IMG/VR virus record: IMGVR_UViG_3300045988_159115
Reading direction: 5' to 3' (one strand)
DNA length: 64,000 nt
DNA from: a virus
The notes below the pieces were generated by a model. The model ran no database searches. It had not been told where the DNA came from and saw nothing but the letters and a program-made list of their open reading frames with translations. A program made the position numbers and the translations under genes. This document shows, piece by piece, positions 1-9,365 of the stretch. Each line of letters begins with the position of its first letter. Position 1 is the first letter of the stretch.

Positions 1-818
1 ATGATGGGAAACAGTTCGTCCTTCCTGCAACCTGTCCTGAGTGTGGAGAGATTCTGGAATTCAGTGACACTGGTGATGTTGCATCCTGTGTCAATCCGAA
101 CTGTGCATGCAGACGGATTGGTAAGATCATTAATTATCTCAATAAGATGAGTATTGATGGTCTTTCTTACGGAGTTATCTCCAGACTCTATCATGAAGGC
201 ATTGTGAAGAATGTCGTTGATCTCTATAAGCTTGACAAGCACAAGAAGGAGATTATCGGGATTGATGGCTTTGGTCCAAAGCTTGTGAATTCTTGGATTG
301 ACGCAATCGAGGAAAAGTCTGCCGTCGAGGATTATATCTTCCTTGGGTCTCTTGGCATTGAGGGAGTATCTAAGAAGACTTTCTCGAAGATCATGAATGT
401 CATGACTTTGGATGAGCTCTTGGATGTTTGTGAGAATAAGCTTCCTCACTCTCTCATCTCGATTCCTTCTATTCAGGCAAAGACAGCTGAGAAAATTATC
501 GCAGGTGTCAATGCCAATATCAAGCTCATTGAGAAACTGGAGAAGTATCTGAATATCAAGTCAACGAAGGGTAGTGAAGATCGGTGCAAGTTTGCAGTCT
601 GCTTTACTATGATCCGAGATAAGAGTTTGGAGAAATGGATCCTTGAGCATGACGGCAGGGTTGATGCAACCTTGACAAAAGCAACCACATTCCTTGTGGT
701 CCCGTCTCTGGATACAACTTCCGATAAAGTTGAGAAAGCCAAGAAATACGGAGCTTATGTGATTCCGATTGACAAGGCAATCGAAACTTTCACGAGATAT
801 ATTTCAAGCATTGAGTAA
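1..818 (+). CDS. ligA: NAD-dependent DNA ligase (LigA family), C-terminal portion; 5' end outside window
   Basis: Frame 3 is open from the window edge. It shows a Cys4 zinc finger (CPECGEILEF..CVNPNCACRR), HhH-like segments (IDGLSYGVISRLY, GIDGFGPKL) and a BRCT-like C-terminus (FAVCFTMIRDKS..LVVPS..KAKKYGAYVI). A 17-bp hairpin follows the stop. Confidence 0.85.
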   Translation, partial: DGKQFVLPATCPECGEILEFSDTGDVASCVNPNCACRRIGKIINYLNKMSIDGLSYGVISRLYHEGIVKNVVDLYKLDKHKKEIIGIDGFGPKLVNSWIDAIEEKSAVEDYIFLGSLGIEGVSKKTFSKIMNVMTLDELLDVCENKLPHSLISIPSIQAKTAEKIIAGVNANIKLIEKLEKYLNIKSTKGSEDRCKFAVCFTMIRDKSLEKWILEHDGRVDATLTKATTFLVVPSLDTTSDKVEKAKKYGAYVIPIDKAIETFTRYISSIE

Positions 819-830
819 GGTGTAACAAAA

Positions 831-873
831 GTTTGACGATGGATTGAACGAAATCAATCCATCGTCAAACTTT
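831..873 (+). terminator. intrinsic terminator after ligA
   Basis: 17-bp perfect stem GTTTGACGATGGATTGA / TCAATCCATCGTCAAAC followed by TTT. Confidence 0.7.
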
Positions 874-937
874 CCCTACTCGAAGAAGAATGCAGGTCAT
901 TTAATATAACTGTTTTTGTAGGAGGTCTATTTTCAGT

Positions 938-1114
938 ATGAAGAAGTTTTCTAAGAAAGCTTTTAAGAAAGCATTCATTCAGCATTTCTGTAATCATGAA
1001 TGGTTTCCGAAGCACGTTGGTGATGGATATATCGTTTACGTCTGCCAGAAATGTGGGAAGACGATGTCAGAAGAAGCGATGTATGAGAAAGAGTTTAACT
1101 TAGACAAGTTCTAA
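938..1114 (+). CDS. small Cys/His-rich protein (58 aa), possible zinc ribbon
   Basis: ATG with GGAGG 13 nt upstream. It contains CNH..(16)..CQKC. It is below the ORF-track length cutoff and was translated by hand. Confidence 0.35.
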   Translation: MKKFSKKAFKKAFIQHFCNHEWFPKHVGDGYIVYVCQKCGKTMSEEAMYEKEFNLDKF

Positions 1115-1213
1115 TTTGGTTCTTATTACGTGATACAATTAGTTATTAATAACCCTAGTGTAGTCCTGTTCGCTGGGGCCTTTTCAATAACTATAGAAAG
1201 AGGTACACGTAAA

Positions 1214-1636
1214 ATGAAAACCGATATTGCTGGTCTCGCAAGTTTCTATAAAAATGAGGCATGGAAGGACAATGAAGCGATTCAGAATAACTTCTCCATC
1301 CGTGTGAAGCCTTCCAACGTGAACGATCAGACGTCTCATGCCTCTATCACAATCACCATGACTCCCAAGTCTCAGCCGGATAAGGAGCTGTCTGCTTCTC
1401 TCTACATTGTGGAGAGCAACATGAAGGTTCGTAATCCGAAGACTGGTCAGGCTGCTGATGACTATACTCGCGTGGCCGTTATCTTCGTGAACAACCATTC
1501 TCACACTGTCATTTTCTCTTCCCTGTCCAAGAACGCTCTGGAGAAGAGCCAGAAGTACGTCATCCAGTATTTCCTGAAGCGTGCTTCTTACACCGATCCC
1601 AGCGTTCTGCCTGATAAGCCTGCTGACGAGGCTTAA
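1214..1636 (+). CDS. hypothetical protein (140 aa)
   Basis: In-frame ATG at 1214 preceded by GAAAGAGG, preferred over the GTG at 1130. Codon usage is strongly biased (CTG/CGT/ATC/TTC), as in highly expressed genes. Confidence 0.65.
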   Translation: MKTDIAGLASFYKNEAWKDNEAIQNNFSIRVKPSNVNDQTSHASITITMTPKSQPDKELSASLYIVESNMKVRNPKTGQAADDYTRVAVIFVNNHSHTVIFSSLSKNALEKSQKYVIQYFLKRASYTDPSVLPDKPADEA

Positions 1637-1655
1637 AACCAAACCATGATTTCAC

Positions 1656-1667
1656 TTATATATTATA
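1656..1667 (+). promoter_or_regulatory. early-type promoter motif TTATATATTATA
   Basis: Exact 12-mer, intergenic, oriented toward 1801-2514. Confidence 0.6.
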
Positions 1668-1800
1668 TATAGGTGATGAAGATGAGCTTACTGCAATTTG
1701 TGTGTTAGAAATTCATTTTAGCATACACTTTGTAGTAAGCTCGTTTTATCATGAGAACGAACGTAAACCCAATGAGAAACTTTGAAAGGAAGTACCAACT

Positions 1801-2514
1801 ATGGCAACGAAATCTCAGGCGTGGTTCGACGAATGTGTCGTCGACAACAAGAAGGAGCTTCTGGATATCGGTGAACTTGCAAATCACTTGATCCACGATT
1901 CCCTGTCTTTGGGTATCTCTGACCCGAAGACTACTGTGGCGATTTATGCCACGATCTTCGATGCTATCACCGATGTGGTGGCATCCAAGGAAGCAAACTA
2001 CGACCACTATGATCTGAACGTAGCGAATCGCTTCCTCATCGGTTATGATACGACCGATAACAAGGAGGACGAGAAGTCTGGCAACTTCATGGTCTACATG
2101 CAGCACATGGAAGCCACTCAGTCCGATAACTCCATTGATGACGACAACGATGATACCATCTCTCTGTGCGTCCAGTGGAATGCAAACAACATCAAGGAGC
2201 AGCAGGATGTTCTGAAGGATGTCGCCGGTAAGGCAAAGATCAAGATGGGCGACATCATCAACATCAAGCTGGAGAGCCATGAGTTCATCCTGCCGCTGTT
2301 CTGCATCATTCACGCATGTATCGTAAACTATGTGCGTCTGCGTCGTCGTGAAGAGAACGTGTCGGACTACAACATCAACGTTGCTGGCCTGTATACCATT
2401 GGCTGCCAGGTTGATGATGAGTCCAATGAAGAGATCTACTATACCCCGTCCATCAGCCTGAAGCTGAAATTTAAGAACGATGCTAAGGCAACTGGCGTAA
2501 AGGACGAGGACTAA
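1801..2514 (+). CDS. hypothetical acidic protein (237 aa)
   Basis: SD GAAAGGAAG. An early-type promoter motif lies at 1656-1667 and a terminator hairpin at 2547-2594. Confidence 0.7.
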   Translation: MATKSQAWFDECVVDNKKELLDIGELANHLIHDSLSLGISDPKTTVAIYATIFDAITDVVASKEANYDHYDLNVANRFLIGYDTTDNKEDEKSGNFMVYMQHMEATQSDNSIDDDNDDTISLCVQWNANNIKEQQDVLKDVAGKAKIKMGDIINIKLESHEFILPLFCIIHACIVNYVRLRRREENVSDYNINVAGLYTIGCQVDDESNEEIYYTPSISLKLKFKNDAKATGVKDED

Positions 2515-2546
2515 TCCTCGATAAAGTACCACAACGGTAACACGGT

Positions 2547-2594
2547 GGGCTGATATGATAATTCGAAAGAAATCATATCAGCCCATTATTTTTT
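2547..2594 (+). terminator. intrinsic terminator / attenuator between 1801-2514 and the RNAP beta fragment
   Basis: 13-bp stem GGGCTGATATGAT / ATCATATCAGCCC followed by ATTATTTTTT. Confidence 0.65.
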
Positions 2595-2610
2595 CAGGAG
2601 GAAGCCACAA

Positions 2611-4392
2611 ATGCTCAAATATATTGGAGAATACGTGTCCGACTTTGAGAAAGAACTTAATCGGCCTCTGATGACAAAAGAAGCTGATCTTCCTCTGGTC
2701 GAGTATATCAAGGATGTCTGGCGTTCTTTGGAGATCGTCAAGAACATCAAGATTCTGAGCTTCGAGTGGAATGACAACGAAGCGACGATCGACATCAATA
2801 ATCATATCTTCAAGCGCGAGAAAAAGAAGCGCAAGAAGGATCGCTATAACTACAAGTTCATCAATGATGATCGTTGTGGTTGCCTGACAGTATATGTCGA
2901 GATTACTGTCAAAGAAAATGATAGCCGGAATCCGGATGAACCGAAGATCCATAAGAAGATCATCAAGAAGCAGATGCTGATTCCTATTCAGGATGAGGAT
3001 GGGTTCTTCTATATCCGTGGCAAGCGCTATTATATGATTTATCAGCTCGTTGATAAATCTACATACACTTCGAATAACGCTGTTACTCTGAAGTCTCTGA
3101 TGCCTATCTGCGTGAAGCGCAATGGCATTAAGACAGACGAGATCGTTCGAAGTGAAAACACCGGTAAGGATGTAAACGGAATGCAGTATAACATTCCCGT
3201 TTATAACGTCTTCGTCTTCCGTAAGGAAATTCCCATCATGCTGTTCTATCTTGCAAACGGATGGGACTGGGCAATGTGCTATCTGGAAGTCGATAATGTC
3301 ATTCGTCTGGTGAAGAACCTCGATGATGCTAATTTCGAGAAGAATCTGTATTTCCAGATTTCCAGTCATTGCTTCATCGAGGCAAACAAGGAGATGTTCC
3401 TGAAGTACCCTTATATCCAGTCTGTGGTTGGTGGTCTTCTGACGATTTCCAATTCCAGAACTACGATGGATGATTTCCATGACCGTACGGTTTGGATCAA
3501 GGCGCTCTCAAACAACAACACCGTTGAGAAGGGTGAAGACATTCTGGTGTTCTTTAACCGTCTGATGGATGTTACCACTCGTAAGATTCTGAAGCTCAAC
3601 GATTACGAGAAGAATGACATCTATGCAATCCTTCGTTGGATGATGCAGAATTTCGGCACCCTCCGTATGAAGGATAACATGAGTCTTGAGAATAAGCGTC
3701 TTCGTTGCAATGAGTATATTGCATCGCTGCTGACTCTGGACTTCTCTTCTCGACTCAATTCTGTGATTACTCTTGGTAACAAGGCAACCATGGATAACTT
3801 CACAAACATGTTCCGCTTCACGGGTGAGATTCTGATCCAGAAGATGCATTCTTCTGGTATTCTCCGGTTCAATGATAATATGAATGATATGGACTTCTTC
3901 TCGAAGTTCAAGTATACTATCAAAGGACCTCATTCCATGGGCGGAAAGAATTCCAACAACATCTCGATTCGCTACCGTGGCTCTCATCCGAGCTTCCTTG
4001 GTAATATTGACCTTTTGGTTTGTGGTAACTCTGACCCTGGTACTTCCGGTGTCTTGAGTCCGTTTGGTAAAATCAAGGGCTTCTATTTCAACGATGAGAA
4101 TGAGACTGATGCGTTCCGGTTCGATTATGCAAAGGATTTGGAGCGTGTCCTCACGGAAGAGAACTTTGAGTATATCAAAATCAACTGTGCTACTAAGGAG
4201 GAGTATTATGCTCTTCTGAATAAGTTGGCAGACTTTAACGAGAATGCTATTAAGATCAATGGTACGTCTCGTGAAAAGTACGAAGTTGTTGTTGAGAAAG
4301 AAGACATGACATCTGGTTCTGATTCGGATGAGAAGGAAACTCAGGAAGAAGCTCCAGAGACTATTTCCGACACAACCGAAGATGATTCCTAA
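2611..4392 (+). CDS. multisubunit RNA polymerase beta-like subunit, N-terminal fragment
   Basis: SD AGGAGGAAG. DGFFYIRGKRYYMIYQLVDKS aligns with bacterial beta GTFIINGxERVIVSQL. IRYRGSHPSFLGNIDLLVCGNSDPGTSGVLSPFG aligns with VRDVHPSHYGRxCPIETPEGPNIGLI. The ORF ends shortly after this region, so it is a split beta. Confidence 0.75.
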   Translation: MLKYIGEYVSDFEKELNRPLMTKEADLPLVEYIKDVWRSLEIVKNIKILSFEWNDNEATIDINNHIFKREKKKRKKDRYNYKFINDDRCGCLTVYVEITVKENDSRNPDEPKIHKKIIKKQMLIPIQDEDGFFYIRGKRYYMIYQLVDKSTYTSNNAVTLKSLMPICVKRNGIKTDEIVRSENTGKDVNGMQYNIPVYNVFVFRKEIPIMLFYLANGWDWAMCYLEVDNVIRLVKNLDDANFEKNLYFQISSHCFIEANKEMFLKYPYIQSVVGGLLTISNSRTTMDDFHDRTVWIKALSNNNTVEKGEDILVFFNRLMDVTTRKILKLNDYEKNDIYAILRWMMQNFGTLRMKDNMSLENKRLRCNEYIASLLTLDFSSRLNSVITLGNKATMDNFTNMFRFTGEILIQKMHSSGILRFNDNMNDMDFFSKFKYTIKGPHSMGGKNSNNISIRYRGSHPSFLGNIDLLVCGNSDPGTSGVLSPFGKIKGFYFNDENETDAFRFDYAKDLERVLTEENFEYIKINCATKEEYYALLNKLADFNENAIKINGTSREKYEVVVEKEDMTSGSDSDEKETQEEAPETISDTTEDDS

Positions 4393-4405
4393 ATAGGAGG
4401 ATACG

Positions 4406-4660
4406 ATGAGAAAAATTAGTCCGACTGGACATGTACAGCAAGAGGATTCTGTGATCCTGAAGTTATTGGACGACATTGTAGACTACTACAGTGATCCGAA
4501 GACTATGGGAACGATTTCTCATGCTCTCACGGAGAAAATCCGGTATGTCCAGAAAAATTACGAGTCTATCATTCGAGACGATATTGACCGTATTGCACAG
4601 GATACAACGAAGCGTCGATATGACGTAGAGGATACGGAAGAGGCCGCCAAGGATGACTAA
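4406..4660 (+). CDS. hypothetical protein (84 aa)
   Basis: SD AGGAGGA 5 nt upstream of the ATG. It is translationally coupled to the next ORF by an ATGA overlap. Confidence 0.6.
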   Translation: MRKISPTGHVQQEDSVILKLLDDIVDYYSDPKTMGTISHALTEKIRYVQKNYESIIRDDIDRIAQDTTKRRYDVEDTEEAAKDD

Positions 4661-5363
4661 ACTCGTACTAGATTTTGGTAGAGTCACTCGAATCATGCGC
4701 GTGAAACTTACAGTGATCGTGGATGATGAAAGTGATCCGAAGACATCTAAGTTTACGAAAGTCGTTGACAAAAGTAACTATAAAGGAGTGGAGTATCTTC
4801 GGGTAACTCCACATCCTTATGTTACTTTGGACATCTCTGCTGGGAAGGACAAATCAGAAGACTGGAATGGAAACCTTCAGATCAATCTGAATACCATGTA
4901 TAAGTATGCACTTTGTAGAAAGCTGAATAAGCTGATAAAGTGCTTTACCGAACTGGAAGATCTTTTCATGGTAGATGAGGACGGTCATCTTCACGTAAAT
5001 AAAGATGAGTCGAAGAAAGCTGCTCAGGAACTGCTGACGAATAATGGTGCAATTCGAATTGCACCTGTGGTTGTCTATAAGAATACTGGAGATACTTCTT
5101 CTGGTGTGGAAGGCGCAGTTTTTATGATCAATACGATTGATAACTATTGCACTTTTACATACACTGAACTTCAGAATTTTTATGATCTATTGGAAAATAT
5201 GGACATGATGGCATATGCAATGGATCTGATCACGATGAATCAAGTGTATTCAAAAGAGGAAACTGAAATTCCTCAAGTCAACTATTCTGAAGTGCAAAGT
5301 CCTGATACAACGAAAGCAACTCCGATTGTTAAATCTCCGGATACAATTCCGGACCTAAGTTAA
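4653..5363 (+). CDS. hypothetical protein (236 aa)
   Basis: Overlaps the previous stop; no recognisable motif. Confidence 0.6.
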   Translation: MTKLVLDFGRVTRIMRVKLTVIVDDESDPKTSKFTKVVDKSNYKGVEYLRVTPHPYVTLDISAGKDKSEDWNGNLQINLNTMYKYALCRKLNKLIKCFTELEDLFMVDEDGHLHVNKDESKKAAQELLTNNGAIRIAPVVVYKNTGDTSSGVEGAVFMINTIDNYCTFTYTELQNFYDLLENMDMMAYAMDLITMNQVYSKEETEIPQVNYSEVQSPDTTKATPIVKSPDTIPDLS

Positions 5364-5378
5364 AAGGATGTGATACCA

Positions 5379-5927
5379 ATGAATCATAGCCTGATCAAGG
5401 CTGGAATGAAAGATAAAAGTCTTGTCTTCAAGAAGAGTGATTCGAATAAAGCAATTCGTACCGCTCTCGATATGATGGGTGAGACAAAATACATTATCAT
5501 TTGCATGGAAGAAATTACAGAACTGCTGGAAGTCATCGGTGATAACATTGATGGCACTGGGTGCTATATCCACACCGTTGAAGAGATTGCTGACGTAGCA
5601 TGTTGCTGTGATATTCTCCAGGTCATTTTCGATATAAGATCGAAGGAGCTGGCAAAGCCTGAGAAGTGCAAGAAGAAGAGAGCAAACTTGAAAGCGCATT
5701 CTCTTTTGTGCCAGTCCCATATGATCCTTTCTAAATACCTCCGTCACGCAGATCATATAGATCTGGATGATTTTAGAGAGGTTAAGATCATCCCGTGTAT
5801 CAACATGATGGCAAGTGCCGTAGAAATGCTGAAGAATGCATATGGGATTAAAGATAGCGAGATTAAGAAACTGCGTGCGATCAAGCTTGATCGTATGAAG
5901 AAGCGCATTGAGAACAACGACCTGTAA
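5379..5927 (+). CDS. MazG-like all-alpha NTP pyrophosphohydrolase (tentative)
   Basis: ATG at 5379 with AAGGA 11 nt upstream, preferred over the GTG at 5370. The motifs CMEEITELLEVI ... VEEIADVACC resemble the EExxE ... ExxD pattern of the MazG family. Terminator at 5931-5971. Confidence 0.45.
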   Translation: MNHSLIKAGMKDKSLVFKKSDSNKAIRTALDMMGETKYIIICMEEITELLEVIGDNIDGTGCYIHTVEEIADVACCCDILQVIFDIRSKELAKPEKCKKKRANLKAHSLLCQSHMILSKYLRHADHIDLDDFREVKIIPCINMMASAVEMLKNAYGIKDSEIKKLRAIKLDRMKKRIENNDL

Positions 5928-5930
5928 GTA

Positions 5931-5971
5931 AAAGAAGAGTACCTTGAGAAATCTTGGTACTCTTCTTTTTT
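5931..5971 (+). terminator. intrinsic terminator
   Basis: 13-bp stem AAAGAAGAGTACC / GGTACTCTTCTTT followed by a T-run. Confidence 0.7.
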
Positions 5972-6261
5972 GTAAATATGGGACAAACCTTATAGTAATC
6001 CGGATGAGGAATTTCGTTACTATCGGTGCCAATGGTAGTAGGTTGCTCATTCGCATTTATGGTTTGATATTATCTATATCGACTACGGTTAACAGGAGCT
6101 AGTTTGGATTACCTGACTAGCTCCCGTTAACTATCCTTATAATAGAAAGGAGATGTGGATGTGATTCGAATTCTTTTTGAAGATTTGGTTTACTATGTCT
6201 GCTATGCATTTTACTTTATTCGATTTATGGTTTTTGGTATAGATGATGATTTATGATTAAA

Positions 6262-6299
6262 AGGTAGCTACTCTATATTGGATTACAGAGTAGCTACCT
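6262..6299 (-). terminator. hairpin downstream of the Rad50-like gene
   Basis: 13-bp stem AGGTAGCTACTCT / AGAGTAGCTACCT. Confidence 0.55.
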
Positions 6300-6303
6300 A
6301 ATT

Positions 6304-8910
6304 TTAGCTTTTTTCGATAGGAATATAAGATGCGAGTTCTGCGTTAGAAGAAGTTCTGTTTCGAGTATCTACGATGTCAACAGGATATGCGTTAAACATG
6401 TCGTTGTGAGAGATAACGAATACCTGCTCAGCATGAATCATATCAATTTGCATCTCCAAGACATGTAAAAACTTCTCACGATTGGATATATCGAGAGTGG
6501 CATCGATCTCATCAAGAAGCATGATATTATACTTCGAGATAGATTTGTAAGTGAGTGCAAATGAGAGTGCTAGAGAGATAAAGCTTCGCTCACCCTGAGA
6601 AGCATAAATCACATCTTTTACAGTGGTTCCTTTTGTACTATAAGGAATTCCAAATTCATCAGCCGTGATTTCAAAATCTTCCAGATGAAGATCTCCGTCA
6701 TATACGACATCAAGTAGTTGATTCGCAATATCTTTGATGTCTTTTAAATATGCTTGGATGAAAATAAGAGGAATTCCTTCTCGACTAGAAAGAGCACGAG
6801 CAAGATATTCAAGATCCGTAAACTTGGAACTGAGTTCATCAAGATCTTTTTTATACCTCTTATAATTCTCGATACGGAACTCATTGTCTTGGTGAGTTTT
6901 ACTCATCTTATTCTTACGGAACTGGAGATCATTGAGAACTGATGTTTTCTCACGAATCTGAAGAGATAACTGAGATGCAAGGGTAAGTTTTGATTTGAGA
7001 TCATTAAATTCAGTCTCAACTTCATCCTCATGCTCCATTGCAACTACCATATCTTCATAATCAGATACGGAAGCTTCTTTTTCTGCAATCTCTCTATTGA
7101 GAGAATTGATCGTTTCTTTGACTTCATCAAGTTGTCCCATAAGAGTTGTACGAGAGTTGATGAGCTCTTCCAGTTTATTCTGGAAATACTCAATATTGCT
7201 ATTTGCTTTCTTATATTGAGCAAGCATAGATTTCTGACGGTTGAGTTCTTCGAGATCAGCATCCTGAAGTTCATCATCTGTGATGAGTCCAAGCTCATGG
7301 AAGATAATATCCTTATCATAAATCCATTCCATATTACAAATATGGGTAAGGACTGTACTCATCATGAACTGGTCTTTGATACACTCAGGCATCTTCTCAA
7401 AGATATCATGATAATCTCTCAGATATTTGAGGACTGTCTGGATGTTATTATAGGCCATTTTTGTATAAGCCAAGAACGTCTCATCTTCAATGACCTTGTC
7501 TGGGGCTTGTGTTGCGTACTCATAGATTCTCTGATAGAAGTCATAAACTCTGCATCCAGACGGATTCTTACAGTCAGGACCTAAGAGACCAATATCTTTG
7601 CTGATTTCAGCATAGACTTGCTCACAGAGAGATTGCATTCGGTTCCGTTTAATTTTCTCTCTATTCTCTCTGGTATATTTCTCAATATCCGTTTTTGTGT
7701 GGAAGAAGGATACAGCTTTCTGAATTGGTCCTTTACCAAGCTCATATGTCGACAGCAGGATATCCATGCATTTATCAAGCATCTTGATAAGGTCTTCCAT
7801 TTCTGCTTTAGAACATGGACGAACATATCCGGCGATTCCACTTTCTTTTGCTCTTCTCCGAATCGTTTCTCTAAGAAGCTCAATATTTGCTTCCATGTCT
7901 TTGACGTTTTGATCATCCTCAATACGAGCGATTTCACGTCTGATGGAATCAATTTCATTTGCGATAGAATCCAGTTGATTCAGAATTCCAGTTCGTGTAA
8001 TGACGTTTGTATCAAGAGAAGATTTTGCTTTCAGAATAGCAATCTTAGCTTCTTCAATCATAGACTTCAGGGTGCTAATGCTAATCTTAATTTCAGATGC
8101 TCTTGCTAGTGCTTTCTGAATGTGCTTTAGTTCTTTTTCTTTCTCTTGAATCCGGTCTCTCATTGCTGGAATATCTCCACAGTCATTGAGTTGATACTGG
8201 AGAACGGAGAGTTCACTATTCACTTTCTCAATCTTTGCTGTGAGATCCTCAATTTGATGCTGCAGACTTTTTTGAGCCTTTTTGAGTTCTCCCAAATCAT
8301 CCACTTGAAGTCGACGAATTAGGTCTGAAGTATGATTGATTTGGATATTGACTTTATTCTTATCTGCCATAATTTTCTTATGGTAAGAAAGATAAATGTC
8401 AGCTTCACTGATAATCTTACCAGTGAAGTTTTTTCGTTCCTGTCTCTTCATATCAATGAAATTTGTGACATTGCTACCAAGACGAGTAAGCTTCATATAA
8501 TCTTGCTCAAGTCCAAGTTCCTTTTCCACAATTTCTTTGAAAGAAGTGACATTCCCGTTTTCGTTCAATTCTACACCATTTTTCTGGATATAGCTTTTGA
8601 TAATATGCTTATCACTATTTCTGGTATAGAAATGCTGTATGACGTATAAATCGTCACAATCGGAGATATGGATTTCTTTATATCCATTTTCTCTTGGAAC
8701 GATAATTGGGTTATCGCTGCGTACATCCATGTTGCCATTTGTAGGGAATGGATGTAAGCAACTTAAAATGCTAGTCTTACCAGACCCATTTGGTCCAGTA
8801 AGCAATACGACATTATTATTAGACTTACTGAAATCAATCTCAATCGTTTCCGTATTGAATGCAGTAACGATATTGATGAAATTCGTAAGTTTTAGATACA
8901 AGATTTTCAT
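6304..8910 (-). CDS. Rad50/SbcC/SMC-like recombination ATPase (868 aa)
   Basis: Walker A LLTGPNGSGKTS at the N-terminus, a long coiled-coil middle, an ABC signature ASQGERSFISLALSFAL and Walker B IMLLDEIDATLD at the C-terminus. No Mre11/SbcD partner is visible in the window. Confidence 0.8.
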   Translation of the reverse strand: MKILYLKLTNFINIVTAFNTETIEIDFSKSNNNVVLLTGPNGSGKTSILSCLHPFPTNGNMDVRSDNPIIVPRENGYKEIHISDCDDLYVIQHFYTRNSDKHIIKSYIQKNGVELNENGNVTSFKEIVEKELGLEQDYMKLTRLGSNVTNFIDMKRQERKNFTGKIISEADIYLSYHKKIMADKNKVNIQINHTSDLIRRLQVDDLGELKKAQKSLQHQIEDLTAKIEKVNSELSVLQYQLNDCGDIPAMRDRIQEKEKELKHIQKALARASEIKISISTLKSMIEEAKIAILKAKSSLDTNVITRTGILNQLDSIANEIDSIRREIARIEDDQNVKDMEANIELLRETIRRRAKESGIAGYVRPCSKAEMEDLIKMLDKCMDILLSTYELGKGPIQKAVSFFHTKTDIEKYTRENREKIKRNRMQSLCEQVYAEISKDIGLLGPDCKNPSGCRVYDFYQRIYEYATQAPDKVIEDETFLAYTKMAYNNIQTVLKYLRDYHDIFEKMPECIKDQFMMSTVLTHICNMEWIYDKDIIFHELGLITDDELQDADLEELNRQKSMLAQYKKANSNIEYFQNKLEELINSRTTLMGQLDEVKETINSLNREIAEKEASVSDYEDMVVAMEHEDEVETEFNDLKSKLTLASQLSLQIREKTSVLNDLQFRKNKMSKTHQDNEFRIENYKRYKKDLDELSSKFTDLEYLARALSSREGIPLIFIQAYLKDIKDIANQLLDVVYDGDLHLEDFEITADEFGIPYSTKGTTVKDVIYASQGERSFISLALSFALTYKSISKYNIMLLDEIDATLDISNREKFLHVLEMQIDMIHAEQVFVISHNDMFNAYPVDIVDTRNRTSSNAELASYIPIEKS

Positions 8911-9311
8911 AATTTCACCTTTTCTATAGTGGTTTCATATTGAATGGTTTTTAGGTGAATAACATGTTAGTAACTCCTTGACTGGATTGAACTACGAAGA
9001 TGTTCTTAATCAGTATGGATTTAATAGCTATAGATTTTTCTTTGGAACGAGTAATGTGGTTACGTCAGAAATATCTTTGATATGAAAACGGGACTTTTCA
9101 TCTTCATTGTACCTCCTAAGAATATAGTGGAAAACGTTTGCGCTCTGGTGATGTATCATAACAATTTTCGTGTATATGAACTTCCGGCGGATATGAGCAT
9201 TCTTCCTTCTTGACCTCATGGTCAAAAGCTATATAAAGTCCATCCTGTACTCCGTTGCCGATATCTCACGGATGGAAGGTGGAAGAGATATTGGGCGGTT
9301 TATATATACAA

Positions 9312-9358
9312 AGAAGACGCTATTATGTAATTGGAAAGGTTACATAATAGCGTCTTCT
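9312..9358 (-). terminator. hairpin terminator of the RNAP operon
   Basis: 19-bp perfect stem AGAAGACGCTATTATGTAA / TTACATAATAGCGTCTTCT. Confidence 0.65.
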
Positions 9359-9365
9359 GCTGTCG

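Noticed and set aside
6159-6255. 31-codon hydrophobic ORF (GTG start after AGGAG) in the 6060-6300 intergenic region.
   Set aside because: It is too short, has no promoter motif, and is embedded between two terminator-type hairpins. The evidence is insufficient.
8930-9311. About 380-bp gap containing ORF 9028-9225 (minus strand, 65 aa).
   Set aside because: The ORF needs a TTG start without an SD and has a basic, low-complexity composition. No promoter motif of either class and no convincing RNA structure was seen beyond one short hairpin (about 9257-9297). It is left unannotated.
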